Notes: generated by a model not told the origin, from the letters alone. 64,000 nucleotides of DNA from Candidatus Pacearchaeota archaeon (GCA_018304985.1 JAGVWP010000001.1:3913-67912); one strand, 5' to 3'; numbered from the stretch's first letter, positions 19,091 through 29,367 are shown. Numbers and translations: made by a program.

Positions 19091-19852
19091 ATGGCAGAAA
19101 AAGCTTTTGATATGGATTATGCAAAGTATTATGATATTTTTAATCAGGGAAAAAATTACGAGCAAGAAGCAGAATTTTTAGACCGGGTATTTAAGAAATA
19201 TTCAAAAAATCAAATTAAAACAATTCTTAATCTTGGATGCGGGACAGGAATGCATGATATAGAATTAAGCAAAGAAGGATATTCAGTTATGGGATTGGAT
19301 CTTTCTGCAGATATGATAGAAATTGCAAAATCAAGAAATATTCCTAATACTGAATTTGTTGTTGGAAATATGTCTAATTTTTCTCTTAATAATAAATTTG
19401 GCGCATGCATAAGCATGTTTGCGACATTTGGATACCAGCTTGAGAATAAAGATATAAAATCTTCATTTGAATGTATTAAAAATCATCTGCTTCCTGGAGG
19501 ATTAGTAATTATTGAAGTATGGAATGGACTTGGAGTTTTAAGAGAATTGCCAAGCAGCAGAAAAAAAGAAATAATCCATGGAGATATTTTAATAAAAAGA
19601 CAGAGTTTCCCAGTTTTTGATGCATTTAATCATAAAGTTGATATTAATTTTAAAGTTGATATATTCAAAAATAATGAATCTGTTGAAAGTTATGAAGAAA
19701 TGCATAAAATGAGATTTTTCTTCCCGCAAGAGTTCATAAAATATGTAGAAGATGCGGGATTTGAGGTTCTTGAAATATGTGATACTTTCAAGCTTGGAAG
19801 CAAAGTTAATGAGAACAACTGGAATATGGTTTTGATCGCTAGGTTAAAATGA
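19091..19852 (+). CDS. class I SAM-dependent methyltransferase
   Basis: ILNLGCGTGMH motif I and DLSADMIE. Confidence 0.65.
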   Translation: MAEKAFDMDYAKYYDIFNQGKNYEQEAEFLDRVFKKYSKNQIKTILNLGCGTGMHDIELSKEGYSVMGLDLSADMIEIAKSRNIPNTEFVVGNMSNFSLNNKFGACISMFATFGYQLENKDIKSSFECIKNHLLPGGLVIIEVWNGLGVLRELPSSRKKEIIHGDILIKRQSFPVFDAFNHKVDINFKVDIFKNNESVESYEEMHKMRFFFPQEFIKYVEDAGFEVLEICDTFKLGSKVNENNWNMVLIARLK

Positions 19853-19906
19853 TAACTAGTATAATATTATAATAAAGCTTAAAAGAGATTTATTCTTAGT
19901 GTTTTT

Positions 19907-21034
19907 ATGAAAAAAGCTCTAATAACAGGAATTACTGGACAGGATGGAAGCTATCTTGCAGAATTCCTACTTGAAAAGGGATATGAAGTTCATGGGATAA
20001 TAAGGAGAAGTAGCACTATAAACAGAGAAAGAATAGATCACTTAACAAAGCCAGAAATCCCTGCAGGACATACTGGAAAAGAAAAGGGAAGCTTTATTCT
20101 TCATTATGGAGATTTAACTGATTCAAGCTCTGTTGAAAAAATAATAAAAGAAGTTATGCCTGATGAAGTTTATAACCTTGGAGCACAGAGTCATGTAAGA
20201 GTTAGTTTTGACATACCTGAAAATACAACAAATGTTGTTGCTTTGGGAACATTAAGAATTTTAGAAGCTATAAAAAATGTATGTCCAAAGGCCAGATTTT
20301 ACCAGGCTTCTTCATCTGAAATGTTTGGGCAAGTAGCTGAGGTACCTCAAAAAGAAACAACTCCTTTTCATCCAAGAAGCCCTTATGGATGCGCTAAAGT
20401 GTATGCATATCATATAACAAGAAATTTCAGAGAGTCTTATGGAATTTTTGCATGTAATGGAATCTTGTTTAATCATGAGTCTGAAAGAAGAGGAGAGAAT
20501 TTTGTAACAAGAAAAATAACTCAATCATTATCGAGAATTAAAATGGGGCTTCAAACAGAAGTTTATCTTGGTAATTTAGATGCTGAAAGAGATTGGGGGC
20601 ATGCTAAGGATTATGTTGAAGCAATGTGGCTGATTTTGCAGCAAAATGAACCTGAAGATTATGTTATTGGTACTGGAGAAAAATATAGTGTAAGACAATT
20701 TCTGGAAGAGTCTGCAAAAACTCTTGGCATGAATATAAAATCTAATGGGAAAAGAGGAGTTGAAGAAGAATATTTAAATGAAAATGGGCAAGCAATTGTT
20801 AAAGTTCATCCAAGGTATTTCAGACCAGCTGAAGTTGATCTACTTTTATCAGACCCAACTAAAGCAAGAACTAAATTAGGGTGGATTCCAAAAATAACAT
20901 TTAAAGAACTAGTAAGGCTAATGTGTGATCATGATTTGAAACTTGCTGAAAAAGAATATTATCTTAAAAATAAAGTCAAGGTTGTTGATGATATTATAAA
21001 TATATTAAAAGATCAGAATAATAAATTTACTTAA
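19907..21034 (+). CDS. gmd: GDP-mannose 4,6-dehydratase
   Basis: [36 protein letters not shown] and downstream GMD-specific blocks ([24 protein letters not shown]). Confidence 0.9.
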   Translation: MKKALITGITGQDGSYLAEFLLEKGYEVHGIIRRSSTINRERIDHLTKPEIPAGHTGKEKGSFILHYGDLTDSSSVEKIIKEVMPDEVYNLGAQSHVRVSFDIPENTTNVVALGTLRILEAIKNVCPKARFYQASSSEMFGQVAEVPQKETTPFHPRSPYGCAKVYAYHITRNFRESYGIFACNGILFNHESERRGENFVTRKITQSLSRIKMGLQTEVYLGNLDAERDWGHAKDYVEAMWLILQQNEPEDYVIGTGEKYSVRQFLEESAKTLGMNIKSNGKRGVEEEYLNENGQAIVKVHPRYFRPAEVDLLLSDPTKARTKLGWIPKITFKELVRLMCDHDLKLAEKEYYLKNKVKVVDDIINILKDQNNKFT

Positions 21035-21042
21035 ATAAAAAT

Positions 21043-22101
21043 ATGGAATATAAATATCCGGTTTCAAAGCCTTCTTTGAAAGGCAAAGAATTAGAGTATG
21101 TAACAAAAGCAATAAATGATGGATGGATTTCTTCTCAAGGACCTTATGTTCAAGAATTTGAAAAAGCCTTTGCAGAATTTAATGGAGTTAAACATGGAGT
21201 TGCTTGTTCTTCTGGAACAGCTGCGCTTACAATTGCTTTACGGGCATTAAATATAGGTCCTGGTGATGAAGTAATTGTGCCCGAATTTACAATGATTGCA
21301 AGTGCATGGGCAGTTACTTATACTGGAGCAAAACCTGTATTTGTTGATTGCAAAGATGATTTAACAATTGACGCAGATTTAATAGAAGAAAAAATAACTT
21401 CTAGAACACGAGCTATAATGCCAGTCCATATTTACGGAAGGCAGTGCGATATGGAAAAAATTATGGATATAGCTTATAATTATAACTTAAAAGTTATTGA
21501 AGATTCTGCAGAAGCCCATGGTGTGAAACCTACTGGAGATATGGCTTGTTTTTCGCTTTTTGCAAATAAAATAATATCTGCTGGCGAGGGGGGAGTGTGT
21601 GTTACAAATGACGACCATTTAGCGAAGCAGATGGTTCATTTAAGAGCAATGGCGTTTACTCCAGAACATAATTTTATCCATAAAAAAATAGCATATAATT
21701 TCAGGATGACTAATCTCCAGGCAGGAGTTGCTCTTGCGCAACTTGAAAGAATTGAGGAAATGCTTGCAAAAAGAAAAAAAATTGAAGATATTTATGATGA
21801 AAAACTAAAAAATATTAAACAAATAAAAGTAATGCCAAAAAGAAATGTTTTATGGATGTATGATCTTCTTGCAGAAAATAAACACGCCTTGCAAAAACAT
21901 CTCGAGGGATGTGGTATAGAAACAAGGCAGTTTTTCAAGCCAATGAGCCAGCAACCTATGTACTATGATCCTAATTGGAAAACTCTTAATGCGGCTAAAT
22001 TTGGGCACAGTGGCATTTATCTTCCAACATATGCTGACTTAACAGAAGAAGACCAGGAATATATTGTGAGCAAAATAAAAGAGTTCTATGATAAAATTTG
22101 A
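21043..22101 (+). CDS. DegT/DnrJ/EryC1/StrS-family PLP-dependent sugar aminotransferase (GDP-perosamine synthase-like)
   Basis: GDEVIVPEFTMIASAWAV, SLFANKIIS (the lysine region) and YNFRMTNLQAGVALAQLERI motifs. Confidence 0.8.
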   Translation: MEYKYPVSKPSLKGKELEYVTKAINDGWISSQGPYVQEFEKAFAEFNGVKHGVACSSGTAALTIALRALNIGPGDEVIVPEFTMIASAWAVTYTGAKPVFVDCKDDLTIDADLIEEKITSRTRAIMPVHIYGRQCDMEKIMDIAYNYNLKVIEDSAEAHGVKPTGDMACFSLFANKIISAGEGGVCVTNDDHLAKQMVHLRAMAFTPEHNFIHKKIAYNFRMTNLQAGVALAQLERIEEMLAKRKKIEDIYDEKLKNIKQIKVMPKRNVLWMYDLLAENKHALQKHLEGCGIETRQFFKPMSQQPMYYDPNWKTLNAAKFGHSGIYLPTYADLTEEDQEYIVSKIKEFYDKI

Positions 22102-22124
22102 TAAAATTTAGAGAATAGAGTAAA

Positions 22125-22919
22125 ATGAAAGATAAATTAAAAAAGCAAAGGTATTCTATATGCCTAACAACTTATTTTGATAAAAATTTCAGTGAAATGG
22201 GTGAAATAAGCTTGAAATCCATAAGAGAATATGCTGATAAGTTTAATATTGATGTAAAATTGCTGAACAATATAAATTCTAACAGACCTCCTGCTTGGAA
22301 TAAGATATTAATTGTAAAAAAACTTCTAGAAAATTATGATTTTGTTTTTTGGATTGATGCAGATGCATTATTTGTTAGATTTAATGAAGATATAAGAAAT
22401 GAAATAGAAAATGGAAAAGATTTCTATCTTGTAAAACATTATATAAAAGAAAGATGGGTTCCAAACAGCGGAAGTTTTTTAATCAGAAATAGTGATTGGG
22501 GCAAGAAATTCTTAGATGATGTATGGAATAAAAAAGAGTATATTTATCATAATTACTGGGAGAATGCTGCGATAATTGATCTGCTTGGATATAAAGAGGT
22601 AATGTACTTTAATAAATATAAAATGCTTGCTAACAAAATATTCTATAAATTAAAAATAAAAAAACAAGCTGTAAAAGCCTTTAACCTGTCTAAGAAAATA
22701 TTATTTTTTAATAAATCAAGAAAAGATGATAATGCAATTGTAAAAAATGTTAAATATCCTGAAAACCCTGAAATTATTAAAAAAGTCAAATGGATTGACT
22801 TAAAATGGAATAATCTTCCTGGCGTGGCAGAGACAAAAAATCCTATTATAAATCACTATCCTGCCAAACCTTATGAAGAAAGACTTAAAAAAATGCGTAT
22901 AGATTCAATTAAAATATAA
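22125..22919 (+). CDS. putative GT-A nucleotide-diphospho-sugar transferase (GT34/GMA12-like)
   Basis: PPAWNKILIVKKLLENYDFVFWIDADALF resembles the GMA12/MNN10 galactosyl/xylosyl-transferase block. Confidence 0.4.
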   Translation: MKDKLKKQRYSICLTTYFDKNFSEMGEISLKSIREYADKFNIDVKLLNNINSNRPPAWNKILIVKKLLENYDFVFWIDADALFVRFNEDIRNEIENGKDFYLVKHYIKERWVPNSGSFLIRNSDWGKKFLDDVWNKKEYIYHNYWENAAIIDLLGYKEVMYFNKYKMLANKIFYKLKIKKQAVKAFNLSKKILFFNKSRKDDNAIVKNVKYPENPEIIKKVKWIDLKWNNLPGVAETKNPIINHYPAKPYEERLKKMRIDSIKI

Positions 22920-22921
22920 AA

Positions 22922-23470
22922 ATGGAAAAATTAAATTTAGGATCTGGAATGGATTATCGGCAAGGATTTGTCAATGTAGATATTGACAAAAATGCGAAAC
23001 CAGATTTTGCCATAGATATTGAAAAGGGATTAAAAAAATTCAAAGACAATACTTTTGATTATGTATATTCTAGGCATGTTTTAGAGCATCTTGATCCAAG
23101 AAAATTAAAATTTGTAATGGATGAAATCTCCAGAGTATCTAAAAATGGAGCAATAGTTGATGTTTATGTTCCTCATTTTAGCTGTGGAAAAACCTATCAA
23201 TCGTATGATCATTTAAACAGCATGAGTTTTTTCACTTTTTCTGTTAAGGATTTTAAAACCTTCAAAATTTTAAAAAGACATTTGAGTTTTATGAGAGATG
23301 AATTGCCTTATACTGGCAATCCCAAACTAAATAATTTAGCTAAAATAATAAATCCTATTTTTTCATTTATACCTAATAAAATCCCGTTTATTTATGAAAG
23401 ATTCTTTTGCTGGATTTACCCTATGGAAGAAATTCATTTTAGATTTAAAATAATAAAAGATCAAATTTAA
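22922..23470 (+). CDS. class I SAM-dependent methyltransferase
   Basis: LGSG...YSRHVLEHLDP; 2 nt from the preceding gene. Confidence 0.6.
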   Translation: MEKLNLGSGMDYRQGFVNVDIDKNAKPDFAIDIEKGLKKFKDNTFDYVYSRHVLEHLDPRKLKFVMDEISRVSKNGAIVDVYVPHFSCGKTYQSYDHLNSMSFFTFSVKDFKTFKILKRHLSFMRDELPYTGNPKLNNLAKIINPIFSFIPNKIPFIYERFFCWIYPMEEIHFRFKIIKDQI

Positions 23471-23657
23471 AACTATTTAACCTATAAAGATTAATATCTC
23501 AAACTTAATATCATGTTAAATTTATCCTAGATGAAAAATTTAGTATTACATTACTTTCAAAACTTATTTTGAAATTATACACTATCTCTGCTTAATTTTA
23601 TTATAATAAGTTATTGATATTTATCAATTAAAAAGTAAAAACTTTAGGTCTTATTAG

Positions 23658-25220
23658 TTATATCTTAACCTTTGTTTTAATAAAATAATCTTTTATTTTT
23701 TCTATAGCCAACTTTAGTATAAAGTAATCAGTGCTGTCCAGACCTTTTAGCATCATTAAAGCTAATATATAAACAGTTGCTCCTGAAGAAACTAAAAGAA
23801 TTCCGTTGAATAAATTTATATCGCCAAATAAGACCTTTAGCACATATATTGATATTACCATAATAATTGAGGCAGATAATGGCTTTATAATAATGCCCCA
23901 TTTTATTCTCACTCCTAGTCTTTTTCTTGCTAAAACAGTCATGCCTATGCAATAAACAAGCCAGGTAAATGTTGTTGCTATTGCCGCCCCTGTAATTGCC
24001 AAAACATCTGAATATTTTGATAAGAAATAAACAAGACCTGCATTAAGTATTATATCTATTATTATGATTAATAAAATTAAATTAAAGTAATCTTTTGGCT
24101 TTTCTCTTGATGAAAAAAGCTCGGTTATAAGGCTAACCTGTGCTGCCAAAAATATAAACATAGCTAAAAAGTAAAGAGGGAATGCTCCTTCAATATATTC
24201 GTATCCGTAAATTAATACAATAAAGTAACTTCCTAGAGAAGCCAATCCAAAAGCTATTGGAAAAGACAACATCATTGAATATCTAAGAGATTTATTAAAA
24301 ATATACTCAAGTTTTTGTTTTTTAGCTTCAATAAATACTGGAAGCAATACCTGGCCAAATCCCAGTAACCCCGAGATGCTTGACATTAAAACAAATGCTG
24401 CTTGGTAAATTCCAATGTATTTTGCATCCTCAAGAATAACTCCAAGAGTTATTGTATCCACATTTCCAATAATAACTGTTGCTATAGAAGCTATTGTAAG
24501 GTAATATGCAAATTTAAGTACTCTGCTTTTTTCTTTTAAAGATAATTCACCTCTTAACTTAAAAATTCCCGGCTGAACCTTATTAATATTATAAATACTT
24601 ATTGCTATAGCTAAAAATGAAGAGGCAATTAGTATTAAAAACGCCTGGTAAGCTGTTGGATTTTTAATTAAAAATACCAGAAATAAAAGAGATAAAGAAA
24701 TTTTTAACAATTGAAAAATCAATTCTTTTACAGCAATATATTTAACTTTTTTTACACTAAAGAAAAAAGAAGCGAGAAACTGGTCTAATGAAAGAAAGAA
24801 CATGTAAAATATCACTAAAAAAAGAGGAAAAACCATTTCAGGCTTTTTAAAAATGTATACTGATAAAGGATATAAGAATATGCCAAGCATTAATGAAAGG
24901 AAGGCTAATATAGATAACTTAATTTTCAAAGTGTATGTAAAATAATCTTTTGCTTTTTTTTCATTTCCTTTCTTTAGTGAATTAGAAAAATAGTAAATAA
25001 GTGATTTATCTATTCCCACTTGTGATAACATAAAAAATATAAGGCCTACTGAAACTGCCAAATTAAATATACCAAATCCTTCTGGAAGAAGATAACGGGC
25101 AATTATTACTGTAAAAATCAATCCTCCAATCCTTTGAATTGCTGCAGCTATGCTGCTCCATATAGATCCGCTAAGAACCTGAGAGGTTGTACTTTGTTTG
25201 CTTTTTTCTATGTTTTTCAT
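23658..25220 (-). CDS. Wzx-like polysaccharide flippase (MOP superfamily)
   Basis: 520 aa with about 14 TM helices in the glycan cluster. Confidence 0.65.
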   Translation of the reverse strand: MKNIEKSKQSTTSQVLSGSIWSSIAAAIQRIGGLIFTVIIARYLLPEGFGIFNLAVSVGLIFFMLSQVGIDKSLIYYFSNSLKKGNEKKAKDYFTYTLKIKLSILAFLSLMLGIFLYPLSVYIFKKPEMVFPLFLVIFYMFFLSLDQFLASFFFSVKKVKYIAVKELIFQLLKISLSLLFLVFLIKNPTAYQAFLILIASSFLAIAISIYNINKVQPGIFKLRGELSLKEKSRVLKFAYYLTIASIATVIIGNVDTITLGVILEDAKYIGIYQAAFVLMSSISGLLGFGQVLLPVFIEAKKQKLEYIFNKSLRYSMMLSFPIAFGLASLGSYFIVLIYGYEYIEGAFPLYFLAMFIFLAAQVSLITELFSSREKPKDYFNLILLIIIIDIILNAGLVYFLSKYSDVLAITGAAIATTFTWLVYCIGMTVLARKRLGVRIKWGIIIKPLSASIIMVISIYVLKVLFGDINLFNGILLVSSGATVYILALMMLKGLDSTDYFILKLAIEKIKDYFIKTKVKI

Positions 25221-25311
25221 TCATCTGATAATTCATCGGGGTTTTTAAAATATTCCCGTTGTAACATAGGAATAATTATAAAGTAAAATTATATCATTAG
25301 ATTGCGATAAA

Positions 25312-27207
25312 ATGGAAGATGAAAAAAATAAAATAAGTGTTGTTGATAAATCTATAAATAAAGGAGTAAGCCTTCTTTTTTCCAATAGTAATTCTATGAC
25401 TTATCTTGGTTTAATATTAATATTCGGCTTTGTGTTAAGGATTATTGCTGCAATTAATTTAAATGTTGTTGCAGATGATATGGTCCATACAATTCATGCT
25501 ATTGGTTTTTTTAATTCTGGAAAACTTGTTGATTACAGCCAATCTGCATCATTATGGTTTTATATAACTGATATTTTTTACAGGGCTTTTGGAGTGAGTC
25601 AGTTATCCTCAAGAATGGCTGCATTATTATTTGGGACTTTTTCAATAATTGCCATGTATCTTCTTGGCAAAGAATTATTTAATGAGAAAATTGGCTTGCT
25701 AAGCGCATTTATCTTAGCTGTGTCTCCATATCACATAAAAAATACTGTTGGAGAGATGGATGTTACAGTAATGTTTTTTATTCTTCTTGGATCAATCTTT
25801 TTTATACGTTCTTTAAAAATCAATAAAAAAATTAATTTTATTCTAAGCGGAATTTTTATAGGTCTTGCAGTAATGATCAAGGTTTATGCTCTCTTATTCC
25901 TGCCTTCTTTAATTCTCTTTTATATATACAAGAAATATAAAAAAGATAAAAAGATTATGGATAAAAATTCTTTAAAAATAATTATATTATTTTTATTTGT
26001 AATATTTATATTTACAATACCTACACTGACACATAACTATCTTCTTTACAAAGATAAGGGAATAACTGACTTTATATTTGCTAACACATTAGGCATAATA
26101 AATAATCAAACTGAACAGCTTTATTCTTTTGATCTTGGATGGAAAGCACAACATGACTGGATGGGATTTATATTTGGGGGAAATAAAAGCTATCAATACC
26201 CATTGGCAATAGAAGGTTTAAATTTTATCTTATTTGGCGATCCTTTAATTTTTATTTTTGGAATACTTGGTTTGGTCTATGGATTGTATAAAAAAGATGA
26301 AAGTTCCATATTCTTGTTTTTAATGATATTATTTATATTTCCGTATTTGGCAACAATTATACTTCTTCCCAAGCATTACACATTTATGCCTATTTTGCTA
26401 ACTCCTCTTGCGGCCAGTTTTATAATAAATATTTGTGAAAATTATAACCGAAAGAAAAGAAATCAAGAAAATAAAAATAGTCTTAGACTAAGGTATCTGG
26501 CAATTGCAATTCTTATTTTTAGTGTAATCTACCTTGGTTTTGCCCCCGAAAGCACAATGCAGCATGTTTATGGAAAAAGCTCAACAGTGCAATTTATAGA
26601 TTTTAAAAACAATAATATTAATAATGCAGATTTAATTGTTTTAGACTCAAGGATTTATAGAGGAAGAATTAACTGGATGGCTTACGGCAAGCCATATCTG
26701 GAAGGAATTGATTTTATAGAAATTGTGAATAATCAGGATCAGATTCCTGGAAACTATATTCCTATAAAAGTCTATTATGTAGAATGTGTTGTTGATGATT
26801 GTGGTTGGGGAACTGTAAAAGATCAGCCAGAATTTAATCAGTCTATGGAGCAGTTAACTGAATTTTTTAGAACAAATGGCAGTCTTATTAAAAGCATTGA
26901 AGAGCCTTATAAAAAAATGCCTTATTACCCAATTATCTATGAAAATAATAGAGTTAATGACATAAACATATATTATAAAATAATCTATCTAAAACCTCAA
27001 ACACTGCTTTTAGCTGTTCAGCCAAAAAACTGGTTTCATTATAATATAGGCCACTTTCCTAAAGGAGGAGAATTTGATGATTATTCTGTTCGCAGCCTTT
27101 TTGACAGAATTTTGGATAAATTTGCACACTTGATTATATATATTTCAATCATACTAGCATTTTTAAGCGTGATATTTTTGATTTATTTGTTATTCAAAAA
27201 AAAATGA
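25312..27207 (+). CDS. GT-C fold glycosyltransferase (GT39/ArnT-like)
   Basis: 631 aa polytopic protein with an ADDM acidic motif in the first loop. Confidence 0.55.
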   Translation: MEDEKNKISVVDKSINKGVSLLFSNSNSMTYLGLILIFGFVLRIIAAINLNVVADDMVHTIHAIGFFNSGKLVDYSQSASLWFYITDIFYRAFGVSQLSSRMAALLFGTFSIIAMYLLGKELFNEKIGLLSAFILAVSPYHIKNTVGEMDVTVMFFILLGSIFFIRSLKINKKINFILSGIFIGLAVMIKVYALLFLPSLILFYIYKKYKKDKKIMDKNSLKIIILFLFVIFIFTIPTLTHNYLLYKDKGITDFIFANTLGIINNQTEQLYSFDLGWKAQHDWMGFIFGGNKSYQYPLAIEGLNFILFGDPLIFIFGILGLVYGLYKKDESSIFLFLMILFIFPYLATIILLPKHYTFMPILLTPLAASFIINICENYNRKKRNQENKNSLRLRYLAIAILIFSVIYLGFAPESTMQHVYGKSSTVQFIDFKNNNINNADLIVLDSRIYRGRINWMAYGKPYLEGIDFIEIVNNQDQIPGNYIPIKVYYVECVVDDCGWGTVKDQPEFNQSMEQLTEFFRTNGSLIKSIEEPYKKMPYYPIIYENNRVNDINIYYKIIYLKPQTLLLAVQPKNWFHYNIGHFPKGGEFDDYSVRSLFDRILDKFAHLIIYISIILAFLSVIFLIYLLFKKK

Positions 27208-27917
27208 AAGTTCTGTCTGTGATTATTCCAGCATATAATGAAGAAGAAACTATATCCAATTTATTGGAAAGGGTTTTAGCTGCAAAAATTAGTTTGAAAA
27301 AAGAGATAATAATCATTAATGATGGATCAACAGATAATACTAAAACAGAAGCAAAGAAAACTCTTGATAAATTAATAAAAATATACAAAAATGATTCTTT
27401 ATTGATAATTAGCAAGAAAAATGGTGGCAAGGGCTCTGCAGTCAAGCTTGGCTTTGAAAAAGCAAGTGGAGATATAATTATTATTCAGGATGCGGATTTA
27501 GAGTATAATCCTGATGAATATCAAACCCTTATAAATCCAATAATAGATAATCAATATAAAGTAGTATATGGTTCCAGAAGGCTTAATAAGAATAATAAAG
27601 GGTATTCTAACCTTTCATTTTTTATCGGAGGCATAATTGTAACAAAATTAACCAATTTACTATTTAATTCCAAATTAACAGATGAACCTACATGCTATAA
27701 AGTTTTTGAAGCAAATTTAATAAAAAATATCCGAATTATTGGAAATGGTTTTGAGTGGGAGCCGGAAGTAACTGCAAAAATATTGAAAAAGAAAATAAAA
27801 ATACACGAGATTCCAATTTCATATAATCCTAGGAAGAAAAATGAAGGAAAGAAGATAAACTGGAAAGATGGTATGAAAGCTATATGGACTTTATTTTACT
27901 GGAGATTTAAAAATTAA
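27204..27917 (+). CDS. family 2 glycosyltransferase (dolichyl-phosphate sugar synthase-like)
   Basis: VIIPAYNEE and IIQDADLEY motifs; 4-nt overlap with the upstream gene. Confidence 0.75.
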   Translation: MKVLSVIIPAYNEEETISNLLERVLAAKISLKKEIIIINDGSTDNTKTEAKKTLDKLIKIYKNDSLLIISKKNGGKGSAVKLGFEKASGDIIIIQDADLEYNPDEYQTLINPIIDNQYKVVYGSRRLNKNNKGYSNLSFFIGGIIVTKLTNLLFNSKLTDEPTCYKVFEANLIKNIRIIGNGFEWEPEVTAKILKKKIKIHEIPISYNPRKKNEGKKINWKDGMKAIWTLFYWRFKN

Positions 27918-27994
27918 TAATATATAATTTTATATACCTTAAAAATTTTCTGTAATATTAAAAAAGATGAAATGAAATATAAATTGGTTGTTAG

Positions 27995-28303
27995 ATGCAT
28001 AGAAACCCGCTGGAGGTTTTTATAATGACTGACTGGATAAATAATGCTATAGATCATAATGGAATCCCCTTAATTGTAAAAAGCCTGCATGTAGGAGATT
28101 TTATTGAGGTTATTTATGCTAATTCGGATGAAAGACTTATTGGAGGTTATGTAACAACTCTGACTTCAAATTCTCCCAAATCTGACAAAGGAACAAATAA
28201 AGTTTATTTTCTGGGAATAAGCGCAGAACACCCGAATAATAATGAGGATGAAAAAATGCTTTGGGTTACCAAAATAAAATTATTCAGAGTGGTACATAAA
28301 TAA
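27995..28303 (+). CDS. hypothetical protein
   Basis: ORF only. Confidence 0.3.
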   Translation: MHRNPLEVFIMTDWINNAIDHNGIPLIVKSLHVGDFIEVIYANSDERLIGGYVTTLTSNSPKSDKGTNKVYFLGISAEHPNNNEDEKMLWVTKIKLFRVVHK

Positions 28304-28316
28304 GATTAAGGGATAA

Positions 28317-28348
28317 ACGCCCCCGTGATTACTTAATCTAAGGATTAA
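28317..28348. repeat. 32-bp perfect direct repeat, copy 1 (acgcccccgtgattacttaatctaaggattaa)
   Basis: Identical 32-mer found again at 28759-28790. Confidence 0.9.
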
Positions 28349-28384
28349 CTCCCAAACTTTTTCCTTTAAAGTTTAGAAAATTAA

Positions 28385-28684
28385 TTAATCATTAATAAAT
28401 AAACTATGCAAAGGAACAAAAAGGATAGTAAGCAAACCTACAAAAATTGAAAAATAGACCAAAACTGAGCGTTCTTTGTTTTTTGTAACAGAGATTATTC
28501 CAGTAATAAAAGCAGCCATTTCAATGAGGAATGAAACAGGTACAATTACATCCCACCAATGATCATCAAAATTAAGTATTTTAAGCACTAAGACTGAAAT
28601 AACAGAGACACTAATTATTATTATAAACAAGATATTCAGTCCTGCAGACCATTTTCCTAATTTTGTTTTGGGTTTTATTATCAT
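28385..28684 (-). CDS. small membrane protein (3 TM)
   Basis: ORF with hydrophobic helices, lying between the two 32-bp direct repeats. Confidence 0.3.
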   Translation of the reverse strand: MIIKPKTKLGKWSAGLNILFIIIISVSVISVLVLKILNFDDHWWDVIVPVSFLIEMAAFITGIISVTKNKERSVLVYFSIFVGLLTILFVPLHSLFIND

Positions 28685-28758
28685 ATCATTCTTAATATAA
28701 GCAGTGTTATAAATCTTATTGCAATTTGTATAATAACATATGTAACAAAAAGTATTAC

Positions 28759-28790
28759 ACGCCCCCGTGATTACTTAATCTAAGGATTAA
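28759..28790. repeat. 32-bp perfect direct repeat, copy 2
   Basis: Identical to 28317-28348. Confidence 0.9.
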
Positions 28791-28839
28791 TGTCCCCACG
28801 AGATAATTAACTTATTAGATAAAGAAATAAATAAAAAAA

Positions 28840-28952
<113 letters not shown>

Positions 28953-28995
28953 AATACACATATAAGAGTATTTTTAAACCTTTTGATATTGCTAT

Positions 28996-29035
28996 TTTAA
29001 GGAAGTTATTATAGAAGAAATGTAGTGTCTTCTAT
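28996..29035 (+). repeat. same family half-element (ggaagttattatagaagaaa..gtcttctat hairpin) abutting the 5' end of tRNA-Leu
   Basis: 33 of 40 nt identical to copy A positions 5947-5986. Confidence 0.7.
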
Positions 29036-29119
29036 GCGGAGATGCCGGAGTGGTCAAACGGATCACGTTTAGGCCGTGATGGCTTAGTGCCTACGAAGGT
29101 TCGAATCCTTCTCTCCGCA
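29036..29119 (+). tRNA. tRNA-Leu (anticodon TAG), class II with long variable arm
   Basis: Acceptor GCGGAGA/TCTCCGC, anticodon stem TCACG/CGTGA with loop TTTAGGC, T arm GAAGGTTCGAATCCTTC. Confidence 0.85.
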
Positions 29120-29168
29120 TTTTTTTACATACATTTTTAAAACTCTTTTATCCTTGTAATTCTAGTAT

Positions 29169-29247
29169 GCGCCTGTAGCTCAGCCTGGAATCAAAGAGCA
29201 GGTCCGTCCTAAGGACAAGGTCGTAGGTTCAAATCCTACCAGGCGCA
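29169..29247 (+). tRNA. tRNA-Arg (anticodon CCT) with an unusually long D region (about 5 extra nt)
   Basis: Acceptor GCGCCTG/CAGGCGC, anticodon loop GTCCTAA, T arm GTAGGTTCAAATCCTAC. The D loop is 14 nt instead of 7-11. Confidence 0.6.
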
Positions 29248-29295
29248 TTTTTAAAATAATAACATTTAAAACCAATATAAAATAGATATCAATAT

Positions 29296-29367
29296 GCGCC
29301 GGTAGTATAATGGTTCGTATATTTGGCTTCCAACCAAATGATCCGGGTTCGATTCCCGGCTGGCGCA
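29296..29367 (+). tRNA. tRNA-Gly (anticodon TCC)
   Basis: Acceptor GCGCCGG/CTGGCGC, anticodon stem TTTGG/CCAAA with loop CTTCCAA, T arm CCGGGTTCGATTCCCGG. Confidence 0.85.
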
